A stretch of 64,000 nt of DNA from the IMG/VR virus record IMGVR_UViG_3300036945_001058; one strand, given 5' to 3'. The notes under the pieces were generated by a model. That model saw only the letters and a program-made list of their open reading frames with translations, was not told the DNA's origin and ran no database searches. The stretch is from a virus. The position numbers were made by a program, and so were the translations under genes. This document shows positions 11,801 through 20,918 of this stretch, in pieces (position 1 is the stretch's first letter; each line of letters starts with the position of its first letter).

Positions 11801-14799
11801 AAGAGCAAGTTTTATGTATAAATCCTACTTATGCCGATAATTATACATATTGGATTTGTCCTAGAGATATAACCATTAAAGAAAATTACGGAAACATTTA
11901 CATAGAAAAAGGAGATAAGCTGTATTTGACAATACAAAACCCTGTAAATGGAGACGCTAGTTCGTCTACCTCTTATAATGTAATTATAAACGGTAAATCC
12001 TACCCTTTATTACATTTTATTCCAGAAACAGCAGATGGTGGCGACTTAGACGATGTTAATCATTATGATGCTATTACTCAATTAAAAAACTTGGACAAAG
12101 TATTAACAGGAACACTCGAAACGCCACAACAAGCGGAAGAAAGAAAAATAAGAATAGCTGAAACGTTAATACCAGCTAATGATTTCTATGTTTCTAAACC
12201 ATATCATTCTCACGGTTTTGAACACCCTCAAAAAGTTATATTCAAAGACGGTAAGTGGCTTAGATTAAGAGAAGATAAATGGGTTACTAAAGAAGATTAC
12301 GAACAACAAACAAATAGACCCGACTTAAATTTTGATGAAGACCAATTTAATATTTGGGGCAAATTTGACACCAAATATGATTTAGCTTGGGATATAGTAA
12401 TGAATGCAAGGGTTATTTTAGAAGAAAAATCGGAAAAAGACATTGATAGCAAGTGGGATAAACAGTATGATTATTTAACTTCGGAAAACAAAAAACAATA
12501 CAATTCTAAAACAAAAGAAAGTAAACTCGAAAACGGTGGCGATGTTTTAGAAAGAGGAAAAAAATCTGGATGGGGAAATGTTAGCGAAGAAGAAGATAAT
12601 GCTATTGCTTGGTACAGCAGTCTTTCTATGAATCAGCAAAAGGAAGTTGATAAACATCTTGAAAGCTACAAAGCTAATCTTACTGAAGAAAAGTTCCAAA
12701 AAAGAGGATTAAGTGTTAGAGATTTCGGACGCACATATCGAAGAGATAAATTAATCCATATTTGGAAATCAGAGGGTAGTCCCGAACCACAGGATAGCTT
12801 TGCTAATGGTGGCTCTACTGGGGATGTTTACGCTGACGGTGGACAAATTAGAGTTGGCGACAAGTATAAATACAACTGGACTGACAATGATGGTAATGAG
12901 GGATATACAATTCGTGAAGTGGTAAAGCAAAACATTACGAGTAGCAAAGATTTTAGAACTAAAGTTATGATTATGAAGGTTGTTGAAAGCTCAATGCCTG
13001 AACAAGTAGGACGATTAGAAGAAGAATATAAACCAAGTTTCAAAAAAAGAATTGGATGGGGTTTAGAAATTCCTATGCACGAAAGAATGCCGAAATTAAC
13101 TGATGAAAATTATGCCAAAGGCGGAAGCTTAGAAGATAAATTGACTAAACTTGAAAAGAAGAAATCCGACTTAGAATCAAAATTATTTGAAGCTAAATTA
13201 GCAGAAAATAAAGTTATGAATAATATGGGTTTTGGCGCAGGAATGAGACGTTCTAAGATTAGTATTTCCACAACTAGAACTGATTCGTTAAAAGCTAGGA
13301 TTGAGGCTGTAGAAAAAGAAATCGAGCAAACCAAAGAAGATATGTTGCCAAAAAAACCAAAATACATTCTAAAAGCAGACATCAAAACAGTTACGGTAAA
13401 ACGGAACGGTAAAAAAGTTACCTATAACAGCGCAGACGTTTTGAATGGTGCTAATGTACTTGAAAAAGGGGGTGATTTGACTTCAAAAGCGAATTACGTT
13501 GCAAAACGTGATGTGGTTAGTGTGGAATTAAAAGACGGAACTGTAGTTAAGCCAGTAAACGGATATTGGGTTAAAAAAGGTGCTGAACCGATTGGAGCAG
13601 AACCAAAATCTACCCAATTATTAAATACATTATCTGATAACGAGAAAGAAATAGACGAAAAGTTAGCATTGTTTACAAAATCAGACAAGGAATTTAATAG
13701 GTTGCAATCTGAATCAAATAAAGAATTTGTTAAAAAGACGAAATTAGAAAAAGAAAGAATTGCTTTAATTAAAAAAGGCGTTAGTAATACCGAAGAAATT
13801 GATGCTAAAATAAAGGATGCAAAAGAAAAAGGTAATTTGTATTCAGAACAAGCGATTGGTTTGTTAAAGAAATATCAAGAAGATTTGGCACAACCTAAAA
13901 ATTCATCTTCATCGGTAAATAAAATTAGCACTACCGAAATAAGAAAAGACCAAAGAGGTATTTGGAGAGCAGAAACTACCATAGATAACTTTAATGGTTA
14001 TGATTGGAGACTAACTACTTTAAAAACATATAGTGGTCAATTAATTTCTTCTGCTCAAGGTGGAAAGTTTCAAGATTCAGGAAGTAAAGGCATTAATATG
14101 TTTAAATACACAATGTACGAAGACCCATATCACACTTTAGAAGTTTCAAAACCAAGCCGTTTGACTGAAAAAGTGGTTGCAGAGCAACACGTAAAAGCTT
14201 TAGCTAAATTTAAAAAGTTTATGGAAACAGGAGTGTTCAAAGGAGGTGGTAAAATATCTACTTTTGATAAGGTCTCTGCTAAAATAGCAAAAGAGTTCGA
14301 GGGTAAGCCTGTTGCAAATAAATATCAAGAAGAATACGGAAAATATTATTCTAAACAAGAAGCTGAAATTGTGGGTAATAAAATTACTGGAAAAAGTAGA
14401 GCAATGGATGTTGATAAAAAAGCATTTGGCGGTTTATTTAGCCACGTTAAAAAACTGACTGATTCCAAGCCAAAATACCCAAATCTTGAAGGTAAACAAG
14501 TTTTTTTAAAGACAGGAGAACTCGTTCAAGTTTTTACACAATCTGACAATACTTTAAGCGTTTTAGATGTGAGTAAAATGAATTATTCAGGCGAAAGACC
14601 ACGTTTGATTGATATTTCTGAAGTGAAAAATAGTTCATTTGAAAGCGGTGGCGGATTAAATACCAAAACATCGAATAAAGGTGCTGAAACTTTAAAAAAA
14701 GCAAATGAGTTGGCTACTAAAATTAGAATTAAAGGCGAGAGTTGGTTAGATGCTAAAAAAAGAGCTTTTGCCGAATTGAAAAAAGCAGTGTCAAACTAA
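8851..14799 (+). CDS. giant modular polyprotein 2 (N-terminal DUF2958-like module; ~18 [FYML]xxGG motifs), interrupted by one in-frame TAA at 9292-9294
   Basis: ORFs 8851..9294 and 9475..14799 are in the same frame. The 180 nt between them are stop-free and encode SYDEGG. The N-terminal module VKIYNPFGAGSWY...GAEVGSVS...ERDLGF resembles DUF2958. Confidence 0.75.
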
Positions 14800-14855
14800 G
14801 AACCCTCAATTTAATATAAAACTAGGCATTAAATACCTGCTTATTATTTTTTTAT

Positions 14856-14863
14856 TATATTTG
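14856..14863 (+). promoter_or_regulatory. Bacteroidota-type -7 promoter element TATATTTG
   Basis: Matches TAnnTTTG; intergenic, about 35 nt before ATG 14897. Confidence 0.6.
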
Positions 14864-14896
14864 TCATTAAAATTAACCTTATAAAAGTCATAACTT

Positions 14897-15415
14897 ATGG
14901 AAACAATTAATGAATTATTAAAAGCTTTGGATAACAAAGTACCAGCTTCAATTGCTAAAAGATTAGAAGGTTTACGAAAACTGAACGAAAAATTGAGCCT
15001 TGCAAGGAAAGAACACGAAGAAAATCCAACAGATGAATCTCAAGAGTCGTTAGATGAAATTGTTGATTTTATCACTGACACTGAAGATGATTTACAGGAA
15101 GATTTGGCAGTCATTGTAAAGCAAAAAAAAAGTGATGAATCCAATAGAGCAGAAGCAAAAAGAAAAGCGGAAAGCGAAGCAAGAGACAAAAGAGAGCAAC
15201 AAGCTAGAAGAGAGCAACAAGCTAGAAGAGAGCAACAAGAACAAGAAAAATTAAAAGAAAAAGAGTTAGAGGAAAAACAATCGAAAGAAAAGTCTTTAGA
15301 ATTAAACGAAAAAACTGATGATAAAAAAAGCATTGGTTGGGGTAGTTTACTTTTAGGCGGTGCTTTACTTGTGTTAACAGGTGGGGCTATAAAGTATTTC
15401 GGAAATAATAAATAA
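14897..15415 (+). CDS. coiled-coil protein with C-terminal TM anchor
   Basis: E/K-rich; 18-nt REQQAR repeats at 15191-15238; hydrophobic C-terminus GWGSLLLGGALLVLTGGAI. Confidence 0.75.
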   Translation: METINELLKALDNKVPASIAKRLEGLRKLNEKLSLARKEHEENPTDESQESLDEIVDFITDTEDDLQEDLAVIVKQKKSDESNRAEAKRKAESEARDKREQQARREQQARREQQEQEKLKEKELEEKQSKEKSLELNEKTDDKKSIGWGSLLLGGALLVLTGGAIKYFGNNK

Positions 15416-15417
15416 TA

Positions 15418-15585
15418 ATGAATAAAAAACAGAAAATTTTATTAATAGTAGGCGTTTTAGGTCTTGCTTTTGGTGGCTTCGTTTTAACGAAGTACCTTAC
15501 TCGAAATGTGCATAAATACAAATTCTATAAAATAACAGTAGTAGAAGAAGATGAACCTGCTTTATCATCAGAAGACGTTGAATAA
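15418..15585 (+). CDS. small membrane protein (55 aa, not in ORF track)
   Basis: MNKKQKILLIVGVLGLAFGGFVLTKYL... Confidence 0.65.
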   Translation: MNKKQKILLIVGVLGLAFGGFVLTKYLTRNVHKYKFYKITVVEEDEPALSSEDVE

Positions 15586-15600
15586 AAACTATTAATATAT

Positions 15601-16314
15601 ATGTTGAAATTTACAAAAATAACAGATTTTATTTTACCAGACTTGCCGTATAGATATGTTGGTAGTGGGTCGGACTATTCTCGTGTAGATAATAGGAAGG
15701 CTAATATTGAAATGTTAAAAAACATAAAACAAAGTTATGATACATTTGTTAAACAATGGGCTGATGTTTTTGAAATAGGAGAACCTGTATTAACGAGTTT
15801 TATAGCTGTTGAAAGTGCAGGAAAGATGGTTGGTAAAAATGGTGCAGGTGCTATTGGGTTAGCTCAAGTTACTGTTATAGCAATAATTGAAGGTATTAGT
15901 AAGTTTAAAATAATCACACGTCAAGACTTGCCTAGTGAAGCTGTTTCTTTAATAAAACAAAAAGCTCCTTATTTATTAAGCTTAACTGCAAATAATCAAA
16001 ATTTATCAAGCTCAAATACTTCTAAGTTACAAACTCTTTTAGCTAAAGATGCTAATTTCAATATTATGGCTGGAGCTTTGGTTTTGAGATGGAATTTAGA
16101 GATAACACGAGCCAATGAATTAGCTTATATTCAAAAAGGTATTATTGCCTACAATCAAAGTGCTTATGGTGACATATCAAGATACAAAGGAAAATTTGTA
16201 TCGACTAATACTTTGTTTAAAGATAACAGAATACCAAAAGAAACAAGAAATTATTTAGTAAAAGTACTAGGTAAAGACGGTTATTTACAACTATACGCTG
16301 TTGAAAATGTTTAA
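15601..16314 (+). CDS. lytic transglycosylase (SLT/lysozyme-like)
   Basis: FIAVESAG (catalytic Glu), GAIGLAQV, IIAYNQ, ETRNYLVKV. Confidence 0.8.
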   Translation: MLKFTKITDFILPDLPYRYVGSGSDYSRVDNRKANIEMLKNIKQSYDTFVKQWADVFEIGEPVLTSFIAVESAGKMVGKNGAGAIGLAQVTVIAIIEGISKFKIITRQDLPSEAVSLIKQKAPYLLSLTANNQNLSSSNTSKLQTLLAKDANFNIMAGALVLRWNLEITRANELAYIQKGIIAYNQSAYGDISRYKGKFVSTNTLFKDNRIPKETRNYLVKVLGKDGYLQLYAVENV

Positions 16315-16329
16315 AAAATAATTAAAATT

Positions 16330-16824
16330 ATGAATAATAGAAATTTATTAATAGGTACTGGAGTTTTGGTAGTAGGTTATTTTCTCTATGTAAAAAGTAA
16401 AAAAAATAGCGTTAGTGATGTGTCAACTAATATAAATACTATTCCAGATAGTTTTGTTATAAAATATGATGGTTATAATACAACGTATGTAAAACAGCCA
16501 GCACCTTTAGGAAATACATCAACTACTGTTTATACAAAAATATCAGGAAGAACAGACGGTTCTGATAGTATGGGTAGTCCAGTTGGAATTACGGCTAAAG
16601 AATTTGAAGATGCTTACAAGGAATTTAAAAAAACAACCTTTTTATTAGACAATAGTATAAAAGACCCCACTAAAGCAGTTGTAGGCAGAACTATGACAGA
16701 AGATGGGGTAAAAAAGTTTATATGCGCACAAGAATATGCTAGATTAGCAAAACCAGATGTTATAAAGCCACCTGAATATTGGACTAAACATAGAGAAGAT
16801 TGGATGAAAATTAATTGTAAATAA
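16330..16824 (+). CDS. N-terminally anchored membrane protein
   Basis: MNNRNLLIGTGVLVVGYFLY; C-terminal Cys pair. Confidence 0.7.
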   Translation: MNNRNLLIGTGVLVVGYFLYVKSKKNSVSDVSTNINTIPDSFVIKYDGYNTTYVKQPAPLGNTSTTVYTKISGRTDGSDSMGSPVGITAKEFEDAYKEFKKTTFLLDNSIKDPTKAVVGRTMTEDGVKKFICAQEYARLAKPDVIKPPEYWTKHREDWMKINCK

Positions 16825-16840
16825 ATCAAATATAAAAATT

Positions 16841-16981
16841 ATGAAAAAAGAATATGTCATTACGGGTTTAGCGATTTTAGGTGCTGTAGCATTATTTACT
16901 TGGTACAGTAGTAAGCCAAAGAAAAATTCAGACGGTTTTTTTAGTGCAACGGGTGGTTGTGGTTGTGGTTGCGGAGCATAA
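16841..16981 (+). CDS. small membrane protein ending FFSATGGCGCGCGA (46 aa, not in track)
   Basis: MKKEYVITGLAILGAVALFTWYSSKPKKNSDGFFSATGGCGCGCGA; TAATG overlap with next gene. Confidence 0.7.
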   Translation: MKKEYVITGLAILGAVALFTWYSSKPKKNSDGFFSATGGCGCGCGA

Positions 16982-17274
16982 TGGCTTACAAGATTTTTCC
17001 ATATTCTAAACAACAAGCGGGTAAATTAGGTGTTGAAATAAAACCCTCAACTAATGTATTGAAAAAAATTGATGTTTTTAAAGACGGTAAAAAAATCGCT
17101 TCGATAGGTGCAAGGGGTATGAATGACTACCCAAATTATTTAGAAAAAGAAAAAAAAGGAGCTTATCCCAAAGGGTACGCCAAAGAAAGAAGAAAACTAT
17201 ACAAGCAACGTCACGAAAAAGACCGTAAAAAAACGGGTACAAATGGGTGGTATGCAGATAAAATATTGTGGTAA
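16981..17274 (+). CDS. small basic protein resembling a family I recall from NCLDV/virophage/Polinton-like genomes (DUF5754-like, unverified)
   Basis: Likely start is ATG 16981; KKIDVFKDGKKIASIGARGMNDY...ERRKLYKQRH...GWYADKILW. Confidence 0.5.
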   Translation: MAYKIFPYSKQQAGKLGVEIKPSTNVLKKIDVFKDGKKIASIGARGMNDYPNYLEKEKKGAYPKGYAKERRKLYKQRHEKDRKKTGTNGWYADKILW

Positions 17275-17967
17275 ATGGCAGTATATACAAATATAATAAA
17301 CTTTATAAAAAGCAGAGAGGGTGGATTAAGTTCTACTACTACTGATACGGCATCAAAAAACCCTTCTAATTGTGATAATGGTTCTAACGGAAAGCCATAT
17401 CATACAAATAAAGGAGTTACTTGGGCTACTTTTAAAAGCCTGTCGAGTAAATTAGGGTATTCAGCTACTTGTGATAATTTTATTAAAATGCCAAACGATA
17501 TTTGGGGCAAAATATATAAAGATGGATTTTGGAATCCAATGCAAGGAGATAGAATAAAAAATCAAGCTATTGCAAATACGTTTGTTGAAATGGCTTGGGG
17601 AAGCGGATTAGGAAGTAACACTTCGGCAAAAGGAGCTATTCCGTATCTTAAAACCCTTTTTAAAACTAAATACAACAAGAATTTTGATAACATAACTCAA
17701 ATTGTAGATTACGTCAATGAATTAGATGAAAAAGGAAAAACACCAGAATTATTTGAAAACCTATATGACTTTAGAAAAAGCCTATATACTTCATTTAATC
17801 AACCATCAAACACAAAAGGTTGGATTAATCGTTTAGACGCTTTTTATCTGCTAAATAAACCTTACGCTTTATCAATTGGCGATAAATCAAAAATTATATT
17901 TGGAGTTTTATTAATAGTTGCAGGAGCAACATTATTTTATAAATATGGCAGAAGCAATTCAAAATAG
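17275..17967 (+). CDS. glycoside hydrolase family 108-like muramidase with C-terminal TM
   Basis: REGG motif, TNKGVT, YKDGFW, MAWGSG, GWINRL; hydrophobic C-terminus. Confidence 0.75.
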   Translation: MAVYTNIINFIKSREGGLSSTTTDTASKNPSNCDNGSNGKPYHTNKGVTWATFKSLSSKLGYSATCDNFIKMPNDIWGKIYKDGFWNPMQGDRIKNQAIANTFVEMAWGSGLGSNTSAKGAIPYLKTLFKTKYNKNFDNITQIVDYVNELDEKGKTPELFENLYDFRKSLYTSFNQPSNTKGWINRLDAFYLLNKPYALSIGDKSKIIFGVLLIVAGATLFYKYGRSNSK

Positions 17968-18139
17968 TCAAACAGGAACTTCAAAAGAAGAAGTTGACGC
18001 AACAATAAAAAAAGACGTAAATACACAAATTCACCAGCATTTGTCTACAATTTTTGTTGTGGTAGGTATTATATCTTTTACATTAGGTGCAATTGTAAAT
18101 TATTATACTATTCAAAGAATTAGAGGAGGAAAAGCATAA
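17945..18139 (+). CDS. small membrane protein
   Basis: Likely start is ATG 17945; TM LSTIFVVVGIISFTLGAIV. Confidence 0.65.
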   Translation: MAEAIQNSQTGTSKEEVDATIKKDVNTQIHQHLSTIFVVVGIISFTLGAIVNYYTIQRIRGGKA

Positions 18140-18567
18140 TGAAGATATTTGGACAAGTTTTAGATACAAGTAATGAGCCAATGGCTTTTGCGAATATCAC
18201 CATTATCACAGGTGCTAATGCTAATAAAATGGGTACGCAATCCGATTTAGATGGTAATTTTGTTTTAGAAAATGAAACTATTAATTCTGAATCTCAATTT
18301 AGGATTTCTTATATTGGATATAAACCTACATTTCGCAAAGCAAGCGAATTACAAGGGCAAAAAATAAAATTAGCTGACGATGTAGAAGAACTAGAAGAAG
18401 TTGTAATTAAGGTGGGTAAAAAACCGTTAAACTCTTCTTCTAAACCTGATGTCAAAGTTTCAAATAAACAAAAATTTGTTCAGCACTTAAAAGAACATAA
18501 AGTTATTTATGCAGGAATAGGTGGTTTGGCTGGAGTTTTATTAATTATTAATGCGTTTAAAAAATAA
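18139..18567 (+). CDS. carboxypeptidase-regulatory-like (SusC N-terminal type) domain protein with C-terminal TM
   Basis: IFGQVLD...EPMAFANI...GTQSDLDGNFVL...ISYIGY...LEEVVI. Confidence 0.75.
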   Translation: MKIFGQVLDTSNEPMAFANITIITGANANKMGTQSDLDGNFVLENETINSESQFRISYIGYKPTFRKASELQGQKIKLADDVEELEEVVIKVGKKPLNSSSKPDVKVSNKQKFVQHLKEHKVIYAGIGGLAGVLLIINAFKK

Positions 18568-18573
18568 AAAATT

Positions 18574-18933
18574 ATGAAAATACAATTTATAAAAGACTAT
18601 ACATTAACTGTAAATAATCCTGATTGTATAAAAGGAATGCTTGGTTGTCAATATAGCAACACTCAAAATTTTAAGTCAGGTCAAGTCGTGTCAGGAGGAG
18701 TTAGAGGGGGGAGTTTAGATAGTAAAAATTTCTATATTGATTATGGTAATTATACTAATCCAATACCTCTTGACTACATAAAGGTATTAAATGATGACGG
18801 AACTCTTTATGATAAAAAAACATCTAATGTTAATTCAACTTCAACAGAAACATTTCTCCAAAAAAACAAAACCACTTTAATGTTTTTTGGAGCATTGGTA
18901 GTAAGTTATTTGGTATATAAAAAATTAAAATAA
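18574..18933 (+). CDS. C-terminally anchored membrane protein
   Basis: TM LMFFGALVVSYLVY then KKLK. Confidence 0.7.
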   Translation: MKIQFIKDYTLTVNNPDCIKGMLGCQYSNTQNFKSGQVVSGGVRGGSLDSKNFYIDYGNYTNPIPLDYIKVLNDDGTLYDKKTSNVNSTSTETFLQKNKTTLMFFGALVVSYLVYKKLK

Positions 18934-18942
18934 ATAAAAATT

Positions 18943-19263
18943 ATGGAAGAAGTAGGTACAGTAGCACCAGTAGCACCAGTTCAATCGGTAGCCCCTATTC
19001 AAGAAGTAGCACCAACATCTGGCGGTGGAGATGATGTGTTTGAAAATATGTCAAGCCAAAAACCTATGGATATTAAAAGCATTTTATTGTTTGGGCTTTT
19101 GTTTGCCTTTTCGTTTTATGGAATAATATATTACAGAAAAGCAATAGCAAAATTGAATGAAGATAAAAATCCAAACGATGATTTCTTGAATCTCGTAGAT
19201 GATGTTGAAGAAGTGAAATACAATGTTAAAAAAGCATTGGGTAAACGATATTCAAATACGTGA
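18943..19263 (+). CDS. membrane protein
   Basis: Pro/Val-rich N-terminus, central TM ILLFGLLFAFSFYGIIYY. Confidence 0.7.
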   Translation: MEEVGTVAPVAPVQSVAPIQEVAPTSGGGDDVFENMSSQKPMDIKSILLFGLLFAFSFYGIIYYRKAIAKLNEDKNPNDDFLNLVDDVEEVKYNVKKALGKRYSNT

Positions 19264-19409
19264 GTTGTCTCCCTAAATTAAAATGGATGGACACGCTTGC
19301 TAAAATGTTATAAAAAGAGACTAGGCATTAAAAAGATTTGTTATTTAAAAAAAAATAATATCTTTACCTAAATAATAATAAGCCAAGCAAATAACAACAA
19401 AATAAAACA

Positions 19410-19592
19410 ATGGAAAAGAGTAAGGGTTTAGGCGACACCATTGGTAAAATCACTAAATTCACAGGAATAAAAGCAGTTGTGGATGCAGTCGTAGAAAATT
19501 GCGGTTGTCAAGCAAGGCAAGATTGGTTAAACGGTAAAGTACCGTATGACGGAAAAAATGTTCAAAGAATATTAAAATTATTTAAAAAATAG
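19410..19592 (+). CDS. small phage protein (SKGLGDT...CGC type)
   Basis: SKGLGDTIGKITKFTGIK...CGCQARQDWLN, a pattern common in aquatic phages. Confidence 0.65.
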   Translation: MEKSKGLGDTIGKITKFTGIKAVVDAVVENCGCQARQDWLNGKVPYDGKNVQRILKLFKK

Positions 19593-19620
19593 AATCAATA
19601 ATAATTAAAAAATAGAAATT

Positions 19621-19857
19621 ATGGTTGCATTTTTTTGGGAATATAAAGTCAAAAGAAAAAACGAGTCTTCTAAAAAAGATTTGCCTAAAAATAGAAATTC
19701 AAAAACTTTTAAAACTAAAGCAGAGGCTTTGGCTTATGCTAAAGATAAAAAATCAGATTGGTTACAAGCAATTTTGTATGGTTCTAAAACAGGAGGGATG
19801 TTTTCTATAATAGGTGTTATTGGACTTAGTGGGAATTATTCAGAAAAATATATTTAA
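19621..19857 (+). CDS. hypothetical basic protein
   Basis: ORF preceded by the recurrent AAATAGAAATT-ATG start context. Confidence 0.55.
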   Translation: MVAFFWEYKVKRKNESSKKDLPKNRNSKTFKTKAEALAYAKDKKSDWLQAILYGSKTGGMFSIIGVIGLSGNYSEKYI

Positions 19858-19867
19858 AAATAAAAAT

Positions 19868-20113
19868 ATGGCACTTCTAAACGAAAATCAACAATCAAGA
19901 ATTAATAATATCAATTGGACGGTTTCTTCGGTTTCTTTATTAGGTTCTGTAAGCGGTCTAATATAGACTCACAAAACAGGCGGTCACTTTTGGAGATACG
20001 TAGGTTATTTTATTTTAGGAGGAATAGTAATTGGAGTACCAGCAAAATTAGTAGCTTTGCCTTTTACAAATAAAATTATAAAAGAATCAGAGAGTAATTC
20101 AACTCAAGAATAA
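19868..20113 (+). pseudogene. two-TM membrane protein with in-frame TAG at 19964-19966
   Basis: MALLNENQQ...SGLI*THKTGGHFWRYVGYFILGGIVIGVPAK...; reading frame continues coherently past the stop. Confidence 0.55.
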
Positions 20114-20189
20114 TAAATAGTAAATCAAAGTATTTACTACAGGCAGTTAAACAATAAAAAAATAAAAACAATTAAAAAAAACAGAAATT

Positions 20190-20327
20190 ATGGCAAAAGC
20201 GGTAAACGGTTATTTCAAAGCAATGTTGGAAGCCAAAAAAAGTAATTCAGAGTCTTTCGAGTATAATGGGAAGACCTACGTAGCATCAAAAACTAAAACA
20301 GGAATGATTGTTTATAAAGCGAAGTAA
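20190..20327 (+). CDS. small basic protein (45 aa, not in track)
   Basis: MAKAVNGYFKAMLEAKKSNSESFEYNGKTYVASKTKTGMIVYKAK; AGAAATT-ATG start context. Confidence 0.6.
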   Translation: MAKAVNGYFKAMLEAKKSNSESFEYNGKTYVASKTKTGMIVYKAK

Positions 20328-20336
20328 GTAATCGTT

Positions 20337-20579
20337 ATGAAAACGAATGATGTAATTTTAGTCGCTCTTGGCTTTGTCGTAGGTTATTTTGTAAAAAGTA
20401 ATTGGGACAGAAGAAATGCTGTTATGACAACGCCAAGCGAAGAAAATTTTGTGTTTTCTCAAAAGTATAAAGATTGTGAAGCACAAGTTTCTAACTTTAT
20501 GAAAACGGCAGAATTTGAAAGGATAGATTTAGAAACCTACAAGAAAGATGCTATTGCAAAATGTATGAAAAAGGTATAA
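20337..20579 (+). CDS. membrane protein with C-terminal Cys-pair domain
   Basis: N-terminal TM; CEAQV...F...YK...C resembles the next gene. Confidence 0.7.
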   Translation: MKTNDVILVALGFVVGYFVKSNWDRRNAVMTTPSEENFVFSQKYKDCEAQVSNFMKTAEFERIDLETYKKDAIAKCMKKV

Positions 20580-20599
20580 ATTAAAAAAAAATAGAAATT

Positions 20600-20905
20600 A
20601 TGACCACAAAAGATTTTATTTTAATAGGAGCAGGGGCGGTAGTCGGATACTTATTAGTAGGTGTTGTAAACAAGAAAAAAACTGTTTTGGATGAAACTAA
20701 AGATGCGACTGCTTTGCCAGATACATCTTCTCAAACATTACCACCAAATTCAACAACCGAAACTAAAGAATCAGTAGTTGACCCAAATTTGGTTATTTGC
20801 AATGAAAATTGGAATAAGTTTTCTAAAAACAAACGTTTTCGTTCACAACAGGACAAGCAAAGCACTTATGATAAGTTTATTGAAACTTGCTTAGTTAGAA
20901 CTTAA
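20600..20905 (+). CDS. membrane protein, probable paralog of 20337..20579
   Basis: N-terminal TM; CNENW...F...YDKFIETC. Confidence 0.7.
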   Translation: MTTKDFILIGAGAVVGYLLVGVVNKKKTVLDETKDATALPDTSSQTLPPNSTTETKESVVDPNLVICNENWNKFSKNKRFRSQQDKQSTYDKFIETCLVRT

Positions 20906-20918
20906 TAAAGAGAAATCT

